From the NCBI GenBank assembly GCA_034226945.1, contig CP120456.1:434001-498000 (forward strand): 64,000 nt of DNA, in the 5' to 3' direction. This document shows, piece after piece, positions 10,988 through 21,537 of this stretch. Every line of letters begins with the position of its first letter. The stretch's first letter is position 1. The stretch comes from Picochlorum sp. SENEW3. Lineage: Eukaryota. The notes beneath the pieces are model-generated. The model had not been told where the DNA came from. It worked only from the letters and a program-made list of their open reading frames with translations, and ran no database searches. A program made the position numbers and the translations under genes.

Positions 10988-12964
10988 ATGGCGTGTAACG
11001 TGACAGTTTGCCACCACCGTTCTGCTGCTGGTTGCTGCTTTGAGCACGTACCCACCTCCAAAGCCGCAATGACAGTTTCAATAACTCATCAGACTGGTCT
11101 ATTGGGTAATAGAGTGAGATTTGGATGCAAATCATCCAGTAAGAATGGCAGTGCTGTGTTTGAGAGGAAGGCTCGTGTCGGCGTGGGACGCTGTCACAGG
11201 GTCGCCCGTGCCAGCCATTCTGATCAGGTTGCTGCAGGGGCTTCTTTGACAAGCAGAACTAGACCAGACTATATTCCTGGGCGTATTGATGATCCGAATT
11301 ACGTCAGAATCTTTGATACCACGCTTCGAGATGGAGAGCAGTCTCCAGGGGCATCCATGACCAGCGAGCAAAAGCTCGATATCGCCAGACAGTTGTCGAA
11401 ATTAGGTGTTGATATTATTGAGGCTGGGTTTCCAGTTGCTTCTCCTGATGATTTCGAAGCAGTCAAGGCGATTGCGACTGAAGTTGGGAATGAGGTGCAC
11501 CCAGATGGATATGTTCCAGTCATCTGTGGTCTTTCAAGAACGAGGGAGAATGATTTGAAGACGGCATGGGAGGCTGTGAAGATGGCAAAGAGGCCTCGAG
11601 TGCATACGTTTATTGCGACGTCGGAGATTCATATGAAATATAAGCTTCGAATGACTCCAGATGAAGTGATTCAGAATGCTGTGAATGCTGTGACCTATCT
11701 CAAATCTCTTGGGTGTGAGGATATTGAATTTTCTCCAGAAGACGCTGGTCGCTCTGATCCAGAGTTTTTGTACAAAATTTTGTCCGAGGTGATCAAAGCA
11801 GGTGCAACGACATTGAATATTCCGGACACCACGGGATGGAATCTGCCAAGTGAATTTTCTGGACTCATCAGCAAGATTATAGAGAATACTCCTGGCGCAA
11901 AGGATGTGGTCATATCAACACATTGTCAGAATGATTTGGGGCTTTCTACTGCCAATTCATTGGCTGGTGCATTTGCTGGTGCTCGCCAGGTTGAGTGTAC
12001 AATCAATGGGATTGGAGAGAGGGCTGGAAATGCGTCCTTGGAGGAGGTGGTTATGGCGATTGCTCTGCGAGGAGAGGACCAGATGGGAGGATTATGGACA
12101 GGAATTCGACCAAATCACATCTCGGCAACGTCAAAGATGGTGATGGAATATTCAGGAATGCCAGTGCAGCCACACAAGGCTATTGTCGGGGCAAATGCAT
12201 TTGCCCATGCAAGTGGTATCCATCAGGATGGTATGCTTAAGAATCCAGGAACGTATGAAATTATGAGTCCAGAGACAATTGGTCTTCAGCGAGGAGCTGG
12301 CGATGTTGGCGTTGTGTTGGCCAAGCTCTCTGGAAGAAATGCTCTGGGAGCAAGACTCAAAGAGCTCGGATATGATGTGAGCGAGGCTGAGCTGCGAGAT
12401 GTCTTCAAGAGATTTAAGGATTTGGCTGATAAAAAGAAAGTGGTATCAGACGAAGATATAATTGCTTTGGTGAATGATGAGAAGAGCCAAGCTGTTGCAA
12501 CCTGGACTCTGCGGGATGTACAGGTGGTGTGTGGATCTGCAGGCCTGCCAACAGCAACAGTCAGATTGGAGGGACCAGTGGACTCTGTCCTGAGAATCGC
12601 ATCTAGCGTTGGAACGGGACCAGTGGATGCAGCATATAAAGCAATAGATAGTATCGTAGGTTTAGAAGTTGATTTAGTGGATTATTCCATGGCTTCTGTG
12701 ACAGAGGGTATTGATGCCTTGGCCAACACACGTGTCGTGATTCGCCCGTGCAATGCGACCCTGAGTTCCATTCAATTAATTGAGAACGCTCAAGGAGCTA
12801 TCAGAGAACGAACATATACTGGCAACGCCGCCAGTGAGGACGTTGTGGTTGCATCTGCTCGTGCATACATTTCAGCCTTGAACAAGATGATTTCTGTATG
12901 CAAGCTGGAGAAGACATCCATAGAGGCATCAGAATCCAGCCGAGAAGAGCCAGTAAATGCCTAA
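10988..12964 (+). CDS. leuA: 2-isopropylmalate synthase, plastid-targeted
   Basis: [33 protein letters not shown]-terminal regulatory domain [10 protein letters not shown]-terminal transit-like extension. Confidence 0.97.
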   Translation: MACNVTVCHHRSAAGCCFEHVPTSKAAMTVSITHQTGLLGNRVRFGCKSSSKNGSAVFERKARVGVGRCHRVARASHSDQVAAGASLTSRTRPDYIPGRIDDPNYVRIFDTTLRDGEQSPGASMTSEQKLDIARQLSKLGVDIIEAGFPVASPDDFEAVKAIATEVGNEVHPDGYVPVICGLSRTRENDLKTAWEAVKMAKRPRVHTFIATSEIHMKYKLRMTPDEVIQNAVNAVTYLKSLGCEDIEFSPEDAGRSDPEFLYKILSEVIKAGATTLNIPDTTGWNLPSEFSGLISKIIENTPGAKDVVISTHCQNDLGLSTANSLAGAFAGARQVECTINGIGERAGNASLEEVVMAIALRGEDQMGGLWTGIRPNHISATSKMVMEYSGMPVQPHKAIVGANAFAHASGIHQDGMLKNPGTYEIMSPETIGLQRGAGDVGVVLAKLSGRNALGARLKELGYDVSEAELRDVFKRFKDLADKKKVVSDEDIIALVNDEKSQAVATWTLRDVQVVCGSAGLPTATVRLEGPVDSVLRIASSVGTGPVDAAYKAIDSIVGLEVDLVDYSMASVTEGIDALANTRVVIRPCNATLSSIQLIENAQGAIRERTYTGNAASEDVVVASARAYISALNKMISVCKLEKTSIEASESSREEPVNA

Positions 12965-13011
12965 TAGAATGCATTTTATTATTATACTACACAGTAATGC
13001 CTATATATCAT

Positions 13012-13530
13012 TCATCGCTGGTGACCATCTACGCCATGCTGTTGTTGCAGCCTTCGAAGCTCTTCTTCTTGCTCTTCTAAACTCGCCTTCTGCGTCTGCT
13101 TCTTCGTCTGGTGATACAGCACTATCAAATACCTATTCTGTACATTAAATCCTGACAAATGCTCCTGTGCATTCCGTGCATCATAAATATCTTCATAGAC
13201 AACAAAAGCAGTCCCTCTTGTATCTTTGTTACACCCCAGTCGAATCTGTCGAATAGCTCCGTATTTGCCAAATAATCCATATAAATCCTCTGACGTTATT
13301 GAATACGGAAGATTTCTAACATAGAGAATCCTGCGCGAGCGAAAAAAAATCATGTCAGTTTCACTTCTTTTTTTCAGGCTCACGTAGACCAACGCAACAG
13401 CCCTTCCTTCTTTGGTATGTGCCAAAAAATAAGCATATTATCGCCTATTTATCAGAGAAGAAGAACGCGCGTACCTATTCACCTCTGGAGCCAGTCGAGT
13501 AGGCTTTCCTGCCCTCTGGCTTGTTGCCAT
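13012..13530 (-). CDS. SF3B6: Splicing factor 3B subunit 6 (p14), 2 exons
   Basis: Exon 1 MATSQRAGKPTRLAPEVNR, intron 13331-13474, then RRM ILYVRNLPY...GTAFVVYEDIYDA...HLSGFNVQNRYLIVLY. Confidence 0.95.
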
Positions 13531-13732
13531 TCTAAAACTACTCACTATATCAGCCGCAGAATGCTTCTTTCGACTGTCAAATTATACTATGTTACAAAAA
13601 TAATAGAGTACATGGCGTAATGACATCATATCCATGCATGCATTGGATTCATTCGTCCGTATTCAAAAGGATCCATTTTTTCTCATCATGAAATGGCATT
13701 AGGAAGGATGGATCAGTCGAATGAATCACTCA

Positions 13733-15808
13733 TTATAGTATGGTGACATCATGGTCACCAGTTTTTCCATATCGATGCTGGCGTAACAAATTCGAGCGGC
13801 TCATAGTACTGCGTGAAGATACTTCTGCAGTTTGTTTCGGTTGCTCAGGCCTTGTGAAAATGTCACAGCTCTTGACAAAGCAAACTCCAAGATGTGGCAT
13901 TTCCTTCTCATTTGGTCGACTCGTTCTCAGATATTCCTGGATGTGGAGAGCCATTTTCGAGAACGATCCTGCCCAATTGTTCTGCTTTTTCAACCGTTCC
14001 AACTGTGACAGTGTTTCGGGGGGTATGTCCATTGTCTGTGATGAGTTTGGGCTTGTCACAAAGCATGGCAAGAATATCTCGCAATTTTCCTTCCCATCAG
14101 AAATCCGTGTTCCCCTTCCAACGGTTTGAATCATCTTCAGTTCGTTTTCTATTGCATGGATGTCTGCGAAGAAGATACCAGTAAGCTGTGGAATGTCTGT
14201 GCCAACTGATACAGTGGCTATGTTTGTGAGGAAGCCCATCTCTGATGATTTGAAAGGATCCAACCCATTCAGTCCATTACTCGCATTGACGAAGCAATTA
14301 CTTGAAAGAGTTTGAATCCGAGAATGCTCATGAGAATTCTTTTGGAAACCAAAGATGGATGACCCAGCCTCAATGTCTCTAATCTCTTCCTCACACAAAA
14401 ATGTCATGAGGTTTCTCAAGTTCACAGCTCTGGCAATTTTTTTAGAGCAATACGCAACGACATGCGTCTGGTTTCCTGTTGCAAACTCATACCATACTTT
14501 AAGCATCAGCAGCATTCTTTGAAGTTTCCATTCAGTCATTTCCATAGGTCGCTGCTTTTCAGTGCTGGCATCCAAAGGATCTTCAAAGGTGGAGCCTTGC
14601 ATCTCTGAAAAGTCGTTCCCCCGTGCTACATTCCACGCATCCCATTTCTCCACGAGTGACAGCAAATGATTTCTTATACTAGATGAACTGATTATAGCGT
14701 TGTCCAACAGGTTCAATCGAAGTGGGAGAACGACCTCATCTGTCAACGCATCCTTGTATGTGTACTTGCACATGGCTGGCCCGAAAACGCCTTTGACGTC
14801 ATTTTGGCATAAGAAAGTGCCCGAAGGAGACTCTTGTGATGGTGTGGAAAATCCATTGCTTACATTCTCTGGTTTGGATAGGGCGTTGGGAGTAGCAGTG
14901 AATGAAATTTTGAGCATGGCTACATCACTGTAATCAAGATACGTTTCCTTTGTAATCTTACCTTTGCTCTCTCCAGCAACCAAATGCGCTTCATCGATAA
15001 ACAGCATATCCACATTCACACCCTTTTCGGACAAAAGGCACATTAATCCCTTGTGATTACAGTTTCCAGCAGCGGAAGAGGTTGTCGTGATGACAATCGT
15101 TGGTCTGGAAGGGTTTTGCATAGATGCAACAGCCCCGACCTTGGATTTGTTCGGCACCTCCTTGCTTGAGCAGACACAAAAGCAGTCAAATTTTTTCATC
15201 TTGGAGAGTGATTCATATGTCTGTTGGACAAGATTCAAGTTCGGCTCAGTGATCAAGTAGACTGGGCTTTTGTTTGGATTCACCCGAACATCAGATTCTG
15301 CATGTGCAAGTATCATTTCTGACAGCACTCTCGTTTTGCCGGAACCCGTCGCAGCTTGAAACTGAGCCCGTAAGAACCTTTTATCACAAATGGTTGGAGA
15401 CAGTAAGAGTTCTTCAATCCTTGTCTGACCCCACACAATCTCATTCCGTAGAACCTTCCTCTGAGCTGAACTCCTGTAGTAGCCCGCGAGGAGATCATCC
15501 AGCTCCTTCTCACCCAAATCCATATGGGTCTTCATTGTATGATAAATATACTTTGTTGCTGGAAGAATCGCAACTTTGAATACAGAAAGCACGTCTTTTT
15601 GCCAATCTCTGAGATCACGTGGCTCGTCCTGGACAGAAGGTTCCACTTGATTCACAACGACTTCTGAATCAAGTGTGTTCCTCTGATCACCGAAAACAAA
15701 CTGTCCTCCTTGTAAGATTGAAACGTCTGGGCTTTGGTAGAATCCAAACACATTTCCGGAGAGAGTTTGGGCGTCGTAGCGCGTTGTCCGTTCGCACTTG
15801 GTTGACAT
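13733..15808 (-). CDS. Superfamily 2 helicase/ATPase of ResIII-like (prokaryote/virus-type) class
   Basis: Q-motif LRDWQ, Walker A AATGSGKT, Walker B FIDEAH, motif III SFTATP, motif V TVSVGTDIPQL, motif VI IQTVGRGTR. Intronless; first ATG at 15808 (frame open to 15850). Confidence 0.85.
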   Translation of the reverse strand: MSTKCERTTRYDAQTLSGNVFGFYQSPDVSILQGGQFVFGDQRNTLDSEVVVNQVEPSVQDEPRDLRDWQKDVLSVFKVAILPATKYIYHTMKTHMDLGEKELDDLLAGYYRSSAQRKVLRNEIVWGQTRIEELLLSPTICDKRFLRAQFQAATGSGKTRVLSEMILAHAESDVRVNPNKSPVYLITEPNLNLVQQTYESLSKMKKFDCFCVCSSKEVPNKSKVGAVASMQNPSRPTIVITTTSSAAGNCNHKGLMCLLSEKGVNVDMLFIDEAHLVAGESKGKITKETYLDYSDVAMLKISFTATPNALSKPENVSNGFSTPSQESPSGTFLCQNDVKGVFGPAMCKYTYKDALTDEVVLPLRLNLLDNAIISSSSIRNHLLSLVEKWDAWNVARGNDFSEMQGSTFEDPLDASTEKQRPMEMTEWKLQRMLLMLKVWYEFATGNQTHVVAYCSKKIARAVNLRNLMTFLCEEEIRDIEAGSSIFGFQKNSHEHSRIQTLSSNCFVNASNGLNGLDPFKSSEMGFLTNIATVSVGTDIPQLTGIFFADIHAIENELKMIQTVGRGTRISDGKENCEIFLPCFVTSPNSSQTMDIPPETLSQLERLKKQNNWAGSFSKMALHIQEYLRTSRPNEKEMPHLGVCFVKSCDIFTRPEQPKQTAEVSSRSTMSRSNLLRQHRYGKTGDHDVTIL

Positions 15809-15893
15809 TTCGTTTACAACTGGAATTGACTTTAAAACAATACTTGACAACTATTAATTGAACAAGTTTCAATATTTAATTGATTTTGAACAA

Positions 15894-15926
15894 CTAGTAC
15901 TTTTTGCCCGTGGCTACGCCACTTGC
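15894..15926 (-). terminator. Helitron 3' terminal hairpin and CTAG end (transposition stop signal)
   Basis: Plus strand: ctag at 15894-15897, gtggc-tac-gccac at 15910-15922; the outer stem is mismatched. Confidence 0.8.
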
Positions 15927-16113
15927 CGAATCTCAATGGTGCCATTTCGCGCCATTGCGCTCAAACGTCCCGAAAACCTGGGCTTGCAATCCATTGGCAC
16001 ACAGATTGAGGCATCCATCACCAAAGTTCGACGATCGGAAGTCATACACGTGGTTCCAGTTACACTATTCGCACATATGTATCGGCACAGCAATCATATT
16101 GGATCTATGTATA

Positions 16114-19100
16114 CTATCCAAGAGCTACCTCCTCGACCACCACCTGCTGCTGCTGCTGCTGCTGCTGCTGCCTTGGAAACACATCGCGGTACACGACATT
16201 TGCAAAAGAATATGGGTCTTCTTTGCCAGGCTGATAGACGACAATCCCATCTCTGGATCCTGTTCGCGAAAACGCAACATATGCCTGCCCATGAGAAAAT
16301 ACTTGCCTCTGGAGATACATGCCAATCTTTTCAAATGTGAGCCCCTGACTCTTGTTGATGGTCATTGCAAACGCTGGCTTGATGGGAAATTGGTATCTGG
16401 TGAACTGGATTTGATCCGGCAAAGCTCTTCTATCAGATGGAGAGAGTCCCATCTTTGTGAGGAACTGAACAGAACCCTTTTTATTCCCAGTCAAGAGCTT
16501 CACTTTGATCACATTGGTCCCCAAGTCAAGAACCACCATCCTTGTGCCATTGGTAATGCCAGAACTCGGGGCCAAGTTTCGAATACAGATAACAGGACAT
16601 CCTACTTTTAGCTTCAAAACGTGTGGAGGCAGTCCAGATATTTCCAGGGTATTGAGATACGACTCTGTGATGGGTATATTTGGTCGATTGCCTTTCACTG
16701 TGTCTCTGCTGAGGAATGTACTCATCTGTTGCTGCGCAAACGCCTCACCCAAAACACTGCTTGTCATGACCGCATTATTGATCTCATCGACCTCTTTGTT
16801 CGACACGGAGACAATGACACTCTTCGTCAAAAATTCCTCTTGTGCAGTCAAAGAACCCTCAATGCTGCCTTCCTCACCTTGAGGAGGACAGTCACGATAC
16901 CCTCCATAGATTTTTTCAATGAAGCCTTCAAGTGACTCTATTGAGCTTACAGAATCTTCGGAGTGAAATATCATTCTCTGTGGATCTAAAATCCGCACGT
17001 GTGCTTTATATTCATCTTCCATCTCACCAATGCTGCCGTTGCCAAGAGCAAGGAGCCAATGAGCAAATTCCTGTAATTCCTCTGCTTTTTCAGGACATGT
17101 CTGACGTACTTTAGAGACACGCATATTTTCTTCGAGCTCAAAATATTCGAAATGATGCCACAGAGTATGAGACTTGCTGAGTGATGAGTTGATTACTGCT
17201 GCAGGGGACCCTCTTGGAATCACTGGCAGGGTCTGACGGAAATCTCCACCCAGAACAACCACCTTGCCACCAAATGGCAGGTGCTTCAAATGCTGATGCT
17301 CTGCACCAAAAGCACAAATATCCCTAAGTGATCTATCAAGTGTCTCGTGTAGAGTTCTCGGCATCGCAGGGGCCTCGTCCCAGACTATCATCTTTGCCCT
17401 CCTGATGATCTGAGCCAATGTGGATTCTTTTGGGATGTTGCAAAACGAATCTGGGCCCGAGTCAATACTCATTTTAAACATCGAGTGCGCCGTCCTTCCA
17501 CCTGGCAGTAGACATGCAGCAACTCCAGAGGATGCTACCGCCAATGCAACATCGGCATGGGACCGAACCATACTCAGCAACAGGTGGTATGTGAATGTCT
17601 TGCCAACCCCACCTGGGCCAGAAAGGAAGAAACACGACCTTGTATTGGCAGCAGTGTCTGGCTCGTTTGAATCGCCTGTCGCTTCCTGTAAGGGTGCTAT
17701 TGAATATCCCAAGGCTGTAGCAATCTTACGGCAAAAGACCTTCTGCAATGTATTCGCCAAGGGCAAGTTTTGGTAAAAAAACTCCCTTTCTGCGACGGGA
17801 TCAAATTCTCCAGAATGTGATGCCTCTAGCAGCTCAGAAAAGATTCCTTCAAAGTCCTGAACTTCCGGAAAAGATACTCTTCTGAACTGCTCCTCCCCCA
17901 TCAGCTCAAGCAGCTGCAGTTTTATTTCTCCAAGCGCAAAATTTTCAGCTCGCTCCTTACAGACATTTCGCTCATGGTTTGTCAATACTCTCCCAGTCCT
18001 ATGAAGAAGATCTTCTGAGAACCGTCGATAATGGTCATCGCTCATATGGCCTTTGAATTCGCTCCAGAATCCTGCCAGATCACTAATTTGTGAGACAGAA
18101 ATGCAATTGACAAAAGCTGCTCTCATCTGGAAGGCTGTCGCTGAATGACTCATCTGCTGAAATGCAAGGGTCCATTGATCATTTCCTTCAAGCAATCCCC
18201 TCTGCAGACACGCAGCTCTGAATGTTGGACATACGGTCCTCTGAGGTTCTCCATTGTCGTCGTTTTCTATAACCGTTCGTAGGTCTTCAAAGCTTCTTGG
18301 CCCGGGAACATTCTGAAGCAAGAGCCTGATGAAAAACAATTCTCCATGATTTGGGTTTAACATCCGCATTCTTCCTATAGCTTCAGATTTATTTGTGCGC
18401 TCCTGCCATTCGTATCCATTTCCCCTACCTAAGTATGCCCATTTGCAAAACCTGACAAACTTTTCATAGCACACTGTTAAACACTCTGGGAATGCTGGTG
18501 CCTGGCGATGTTCAGATTGAGAGCCATGATTGGATCCCTCGCGTGATATTTGACTTTCATGGAGAAGAGATATGATTTGCTCGATATCATCGTTATCCTG
18601 AGACTCTCCTCTGCCACCATCCGGCATCTGGATAGAATAGGGCACAGGATCACCCTCTATGCTATGTCCTTGTAAATTCTCATATATCCTCACTTGATTC
18701 TCCCATTGTCTATACTTCGCATCATTGAACTCAAAATACTTCAATAACTTGGACGATAAATCTGGTTGCCTGCTCAAAGTATCAGTAGGCCTCACAATGG
18801 CAGGCCTCCCCTCGGGACCATGAACATGCAGCCTCACAATGTTTGGATACATTCCTTGAAGGGGGAATCCAAAGAAATGCCACGCTGCTTCCGAAGAAGA
18901 CACATACCTTGCATCTTGATACATCTGAATCTCGTTTATCACTTCTGTGTCGTCATTAGGTCGGACACCAAACTGCACTCTATCTTGCCCCTTGTATGCA
19001 TACTTGTACAAATACTTGATAGCCCCAATAAAGCCGCATGACTCCACATTCAAATGACAATTGAATTTCTGTAAGAGATACGGGTTGTAAGGAACGACTC

Positions 19101-21537
19101 TTTCATTCCACCCCTTCTGATCCACTGGCCTTCTATAAATTGGATATCCATTCGTCAATATAGTGCTTGCTGATAGCTGTTTGGGAAACCCTTTACTGCA
19201 GACCCTGCGCCCTCCTTCATCTTTCAAACACCTGTTATCACAGGTATACACGTCACCTCTTTTTGTACCATGCATCATGAGCTTGAGTACTTTGTCGCGC
19301 AGTGAACCACTGTCTGGTACGGTTGCATGAATGAATTGATTGACCTTGATTTCAGTGTCGATTTTGAATCCCTCTTGCATGGTTACCAACATGTGCATAT
19401 GTGGCAGCCCTCTCTTTTGCCACTCGACTGAGTAGCAGTACCCAGCAACTGGCCCAAACGATCCTCCTTTGATGTCTTCATCGATTAGAGCTTTCAGTTT
19501 AAGTTGAAAGACGCGTGCAACAATATCAGGTCGATCTGATGCTACCTGTCCAGGTTTCAATGCCCCTCGAATTTCCTCCCAGTCTGCGTTACACGTCATA
19601 GTTATGAAGAGATCTGGCATCCCTTTGTCAAGAATCATGGAGATCGCGTCTTGATAATGCTGCTCATACCACCTGGGAGATCCCTTGAAACCTGAGGATA
19701 AAATGATTCGCTGACCAATATCTTGTGCATTGGTATTCCCCCGACCAATCGAATCTTCCAGACTATTTGGATTGACTAATCTAAGCTCTTCTTGATGCTG
19801 CTCTATATATTTGAGCCTTCCGGAGCCCATAGTCATGTACTGGTCCACTAACCACTCCTGGAAGAGCCTCCCAGTCTTGTTGATGATGCAGCCATACACC
19901 TGATCAACAGGCATATCTCTATCATGCGTGAAGAATGCGGTGAAGTCTCGTGGAGTGACTTGATTCATCTGATTTTCGATGACATATGTGTCATCGTTGG
20001 CATCGTCACTCTCACTCTGTCCCTGTTCTTCTGCATCATTATCAACATTTGTATCTTGTCCTGTATTTGTTGCCATTCCCACATGCCAACCAAATTCTCC
20101 CCTGGGACACAAAAGAGGAAACCTCAAAGGGGTATAGGCACTTGCTAAATGTGTTATGCGGCGCAGAGGCGGTGCATCCTGCTCTCGAAATTCCCCAAAT
20201 ATTTCAAACCTACGCTCCAGGTCGACATCATCACCAATCTGCAGAATAGCCCCCACCTCGTTTCGATATAGCGGTTCATTATATCTTCTTTGGTCATTAT
20301 TAGAGGTGTTAAATAAAATCCTCATGTCCTGTGGATCGTTACCTCGCCGAATCAAATCACCAAAAGATCTGTACATGTTAACATATGGATTCCCCTCACG
20401 CTGCAACATGGCCTCCAGCTCTGCTACGACAGAATGTCGGATTCCCATTGTATTTCCTGCAACATTCATCCTTGAATCGGTCATTTCAGCACCGTCGACT
20501 ACCCAGAGCTGTGAAAATTTAGGCACCTGTCCCTCTGCAGGCATCACTGGACCCATCAGATGATAGACACCTCCTTGGATCAAAACACTCTTTGGGCCAC
20601 TCAAGTTCTGGTTCAAATCTACCAGCGTAGATGAAGCAAAAGAAAGCATGGTATTATATCGACGCATATGGTTGCGGATATCCATCAAAAGGACCTGCTC
20701 ATTTCTAACAGACACAACTGTGTGTCCATCACATGGCATCGTCAGCCACGTATTCAAAGGCTCTGGAGGTGGATGATTGTAAAGTCCAAGCAAGCAATTG
20801 ACCTTTCCTTTTCTGCAGCAGATCATACTGTTGTTCTTTTCCTCCCAGAACAACTTGGCATAGCAATGAGGGCACGTGTAAGTTCTATAATCTGTGGCAG
20901 ATTCATTTTCTGGTCCCCGTTTCAGATGATGTTCTTGGACGGACTCTGGGTCTGGATGCGCACCTCTGAGACCATCATACCGCCTCAATACTTCCCGCAG
21001 CTCTCTTCGAGGAACTTGTATGCTATGTTGAAGAGGTGCTTCTGCCTGCTGCTGCTCTTGACTTGTCGGACGGTAGCTGGATGTACTCAATGACACACTT
21101 CTTCTTGTAAACAGGGATGACCGATGAGAACTTATGTCACTGGAAGATCGCAGTGCGTAAGTTTCCAAATCAAATCTTACGGATGGCCTGCGGATGCGTG
21201 GTCCAGTTAAGACCACAGTCTCTTCTGCATTCTCACTCCTTCTTCCTCTTCCCCTCCCTCTTCCTCTTCCCCTTCCCATTCCCATTCCCCTCCCTCTACC
21301 TCTTCCTCTTCCTCTACCTCTACCTCTCCCCCGTCCCCTTCCTCTGGCTGCAGCTGTCTCAGACTCTGGCGTACTTCGTTGCTCTTCTACATCACTCCGA
21401 CTGGCTGCACGATTATTACATTCTAATCTCCTTCGGGTTGAATGTGACCTGGTATGAAGCTGAGGCTCTGCACTTGGGCTTCGAGGACGAACACTTGGCG
21501 ATAGGTTTTGCCCACCTTCCAATCTTTGTGGATTCAT
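16114..21537 (-). CDS. Helitron RepHel transposase (HUH Rep + PIF1-like SF1 helicase), 1807 aa
   Basis: Zn finger CPHCYAKLFWEE...CCRKGKV; Rep motifs PDLFITMTCN, VEWQKRGLPHMHML, KYLYKYAYKG; helicase motifs GPGGVGKT, IVWDEAP, GGDFRQTLPV, AFAMTINKSQG, FSHGQAYVAFSR. Confidence 0.97.
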   Translation of the reverse strand: MNPQRLEGGQNLSPSVRPRSPSAEPQLHTRSHSTRRRLECNNRAASRSDVEEQRSTPESETAAARGRGRGRGRGRGRGRGRGRGMGMGRGRGRGRGRGRRSENAEETVVLTGPRIRRPSVRFDLETYALRSSSDISSHRSSLFTRRSVSLSTSSYRPTSQEQQQAEAPLQHSIQVPRRELREVLRRYDGLRGAHPDPESVQEHHLKRGPENESATDYRTYTCPHCYAKLFWEEKNNSMICCRKGKVNCLLGLYNHPPPEPLNTWLTMPCDGHTVVSVRNEQVLLMDIRNHMRRYNTMLSFASSTLVDLNQNLSGPKSVLIQGGVYHLMGPVMPAEGQVPKFSQLWVVDGAEMTDSRMNVAGNTMGIRHSVVAELEAMLQREGNPYVNMYRSFGDLIRRGNDPQDMRILFNTSNNDQRRYNEPLYRNEVGAILQIGDDVDLERRFEIFGEFREQDAPPLRRITHLASAYTPLRFPLLCPRGEFGWHVGMATNTGQDTNVDNDAEEQGQSESDDANDDTYVIENQMNQVTPRDFTAFFTHDRDMPVDQVYGCIINKTGRLFQEWLVDQYMTMGSGRLKYIEQHQEELRLVNPNSLEDSIGRGNTNAQDIGQRIILSSGFKGSPRWYEQHYQDAISMILDKGMPDLFITMTCNADWEEIRGALKPGQVASDRPDIVARVFQLKLKALIDEDIKGGSFGPVAGYCYSVEWQKRGLPHMHMLVTMQEGFKIDTEIKVNQFIHATVPDSGSLRDKVLKLMMHGTKRGDVYTCDNRCLKDEGGRRVCSKGFPKQLSASTILTNGYPIYRRPVDQKGWNERVVPYNPYLLQKFNCHLNVESCGFIGAIKYLYKYAYKGQDRVQFGVRPNDDTEVINEIQMYQDARYVSSSEAAWHFFGFPLQGMYPNIVRLHVHGPEGRPAIVRPTDTLSRQPDLSSKLLKYFEFNDAKYRQWENQVRIYENLQGHSIEGDPVPYSIQMPDGGRGESQDNDDIEQIISLLHESQISREGSNHGSQSEHRQAPAFPECLTVCYEKFVRFCKWAYLGRGNGYEWQERTNKSEAIGRMRMLNPNHGELFFIRLLLQNVPGPRSFEDLRTVIENDDNGEPQRTVCPTFRAACLQRGLLEGNDQWTLAFQQMSHSATAFQMRAAFVNCISVSQISDLAGFWSEFKGHMSDDHYRRFSEDLLHRTGRVLTNHERNVCKERAENFALGEIKLQLLELMGEEQFRRVSFPEVQDFEGIFSELLEASHSGEFDPVAEREFFYQNLPLANTLQKVFCRKIATALGYSIAPLQEATGDSNEPDTAANTRSCFFLSGPGGVGKTFTYHLLLSMVRSHADVALAVASSGVAACLLPGGRTAHSMFKMSIDSGPDSFCNIPKESTLAQIIRRAKMIVWDEAPAMPRTLHETLDRSLRDICAFGAEHQHLKHLPFGGKVVVLGGDFRQTLPVIPRGSPAAVINSSLSKSHTLWHHFEYFELEENMRVSKVRQTCPEKAEELQEFAHWLLALGNGSIGEMEDEYKAHVRILDPQRMIFHSEDSVSSIESLEGFIEKIYGGYRDCPPQGEEGSIEGSLTAQEEFLTKSVIVSVSNKEVDEINNAVMTSSVLGEAFAQQQMSTFLSRDTVKGNRPNIPITESYLNTLEISGLPPHVLKLKVGCPVICIRNLAPSSGITNGTRMVVLDLGTNVIKVKLLTGNKKGSVQFLTKMGLSPSDRRALPDQIQFTRYQFPIKPAFAMTINKSQGLTFEKIGMYLQRQVFSHGQAYVAFSRTGSRDGIVVYQPGKEDPYSFANVVYRDVFPRQQQQQQQQQVVVEEVALG
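21240..21345 (-). repeat. Coding hexamer-like repeat giving an (RG)n tract in the RepHel N-terminus
   Basis: cctctt/cctcta/cccatt units on the plus strand; RGRGRG...GMGMG in translation. Confidence 0.85.
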
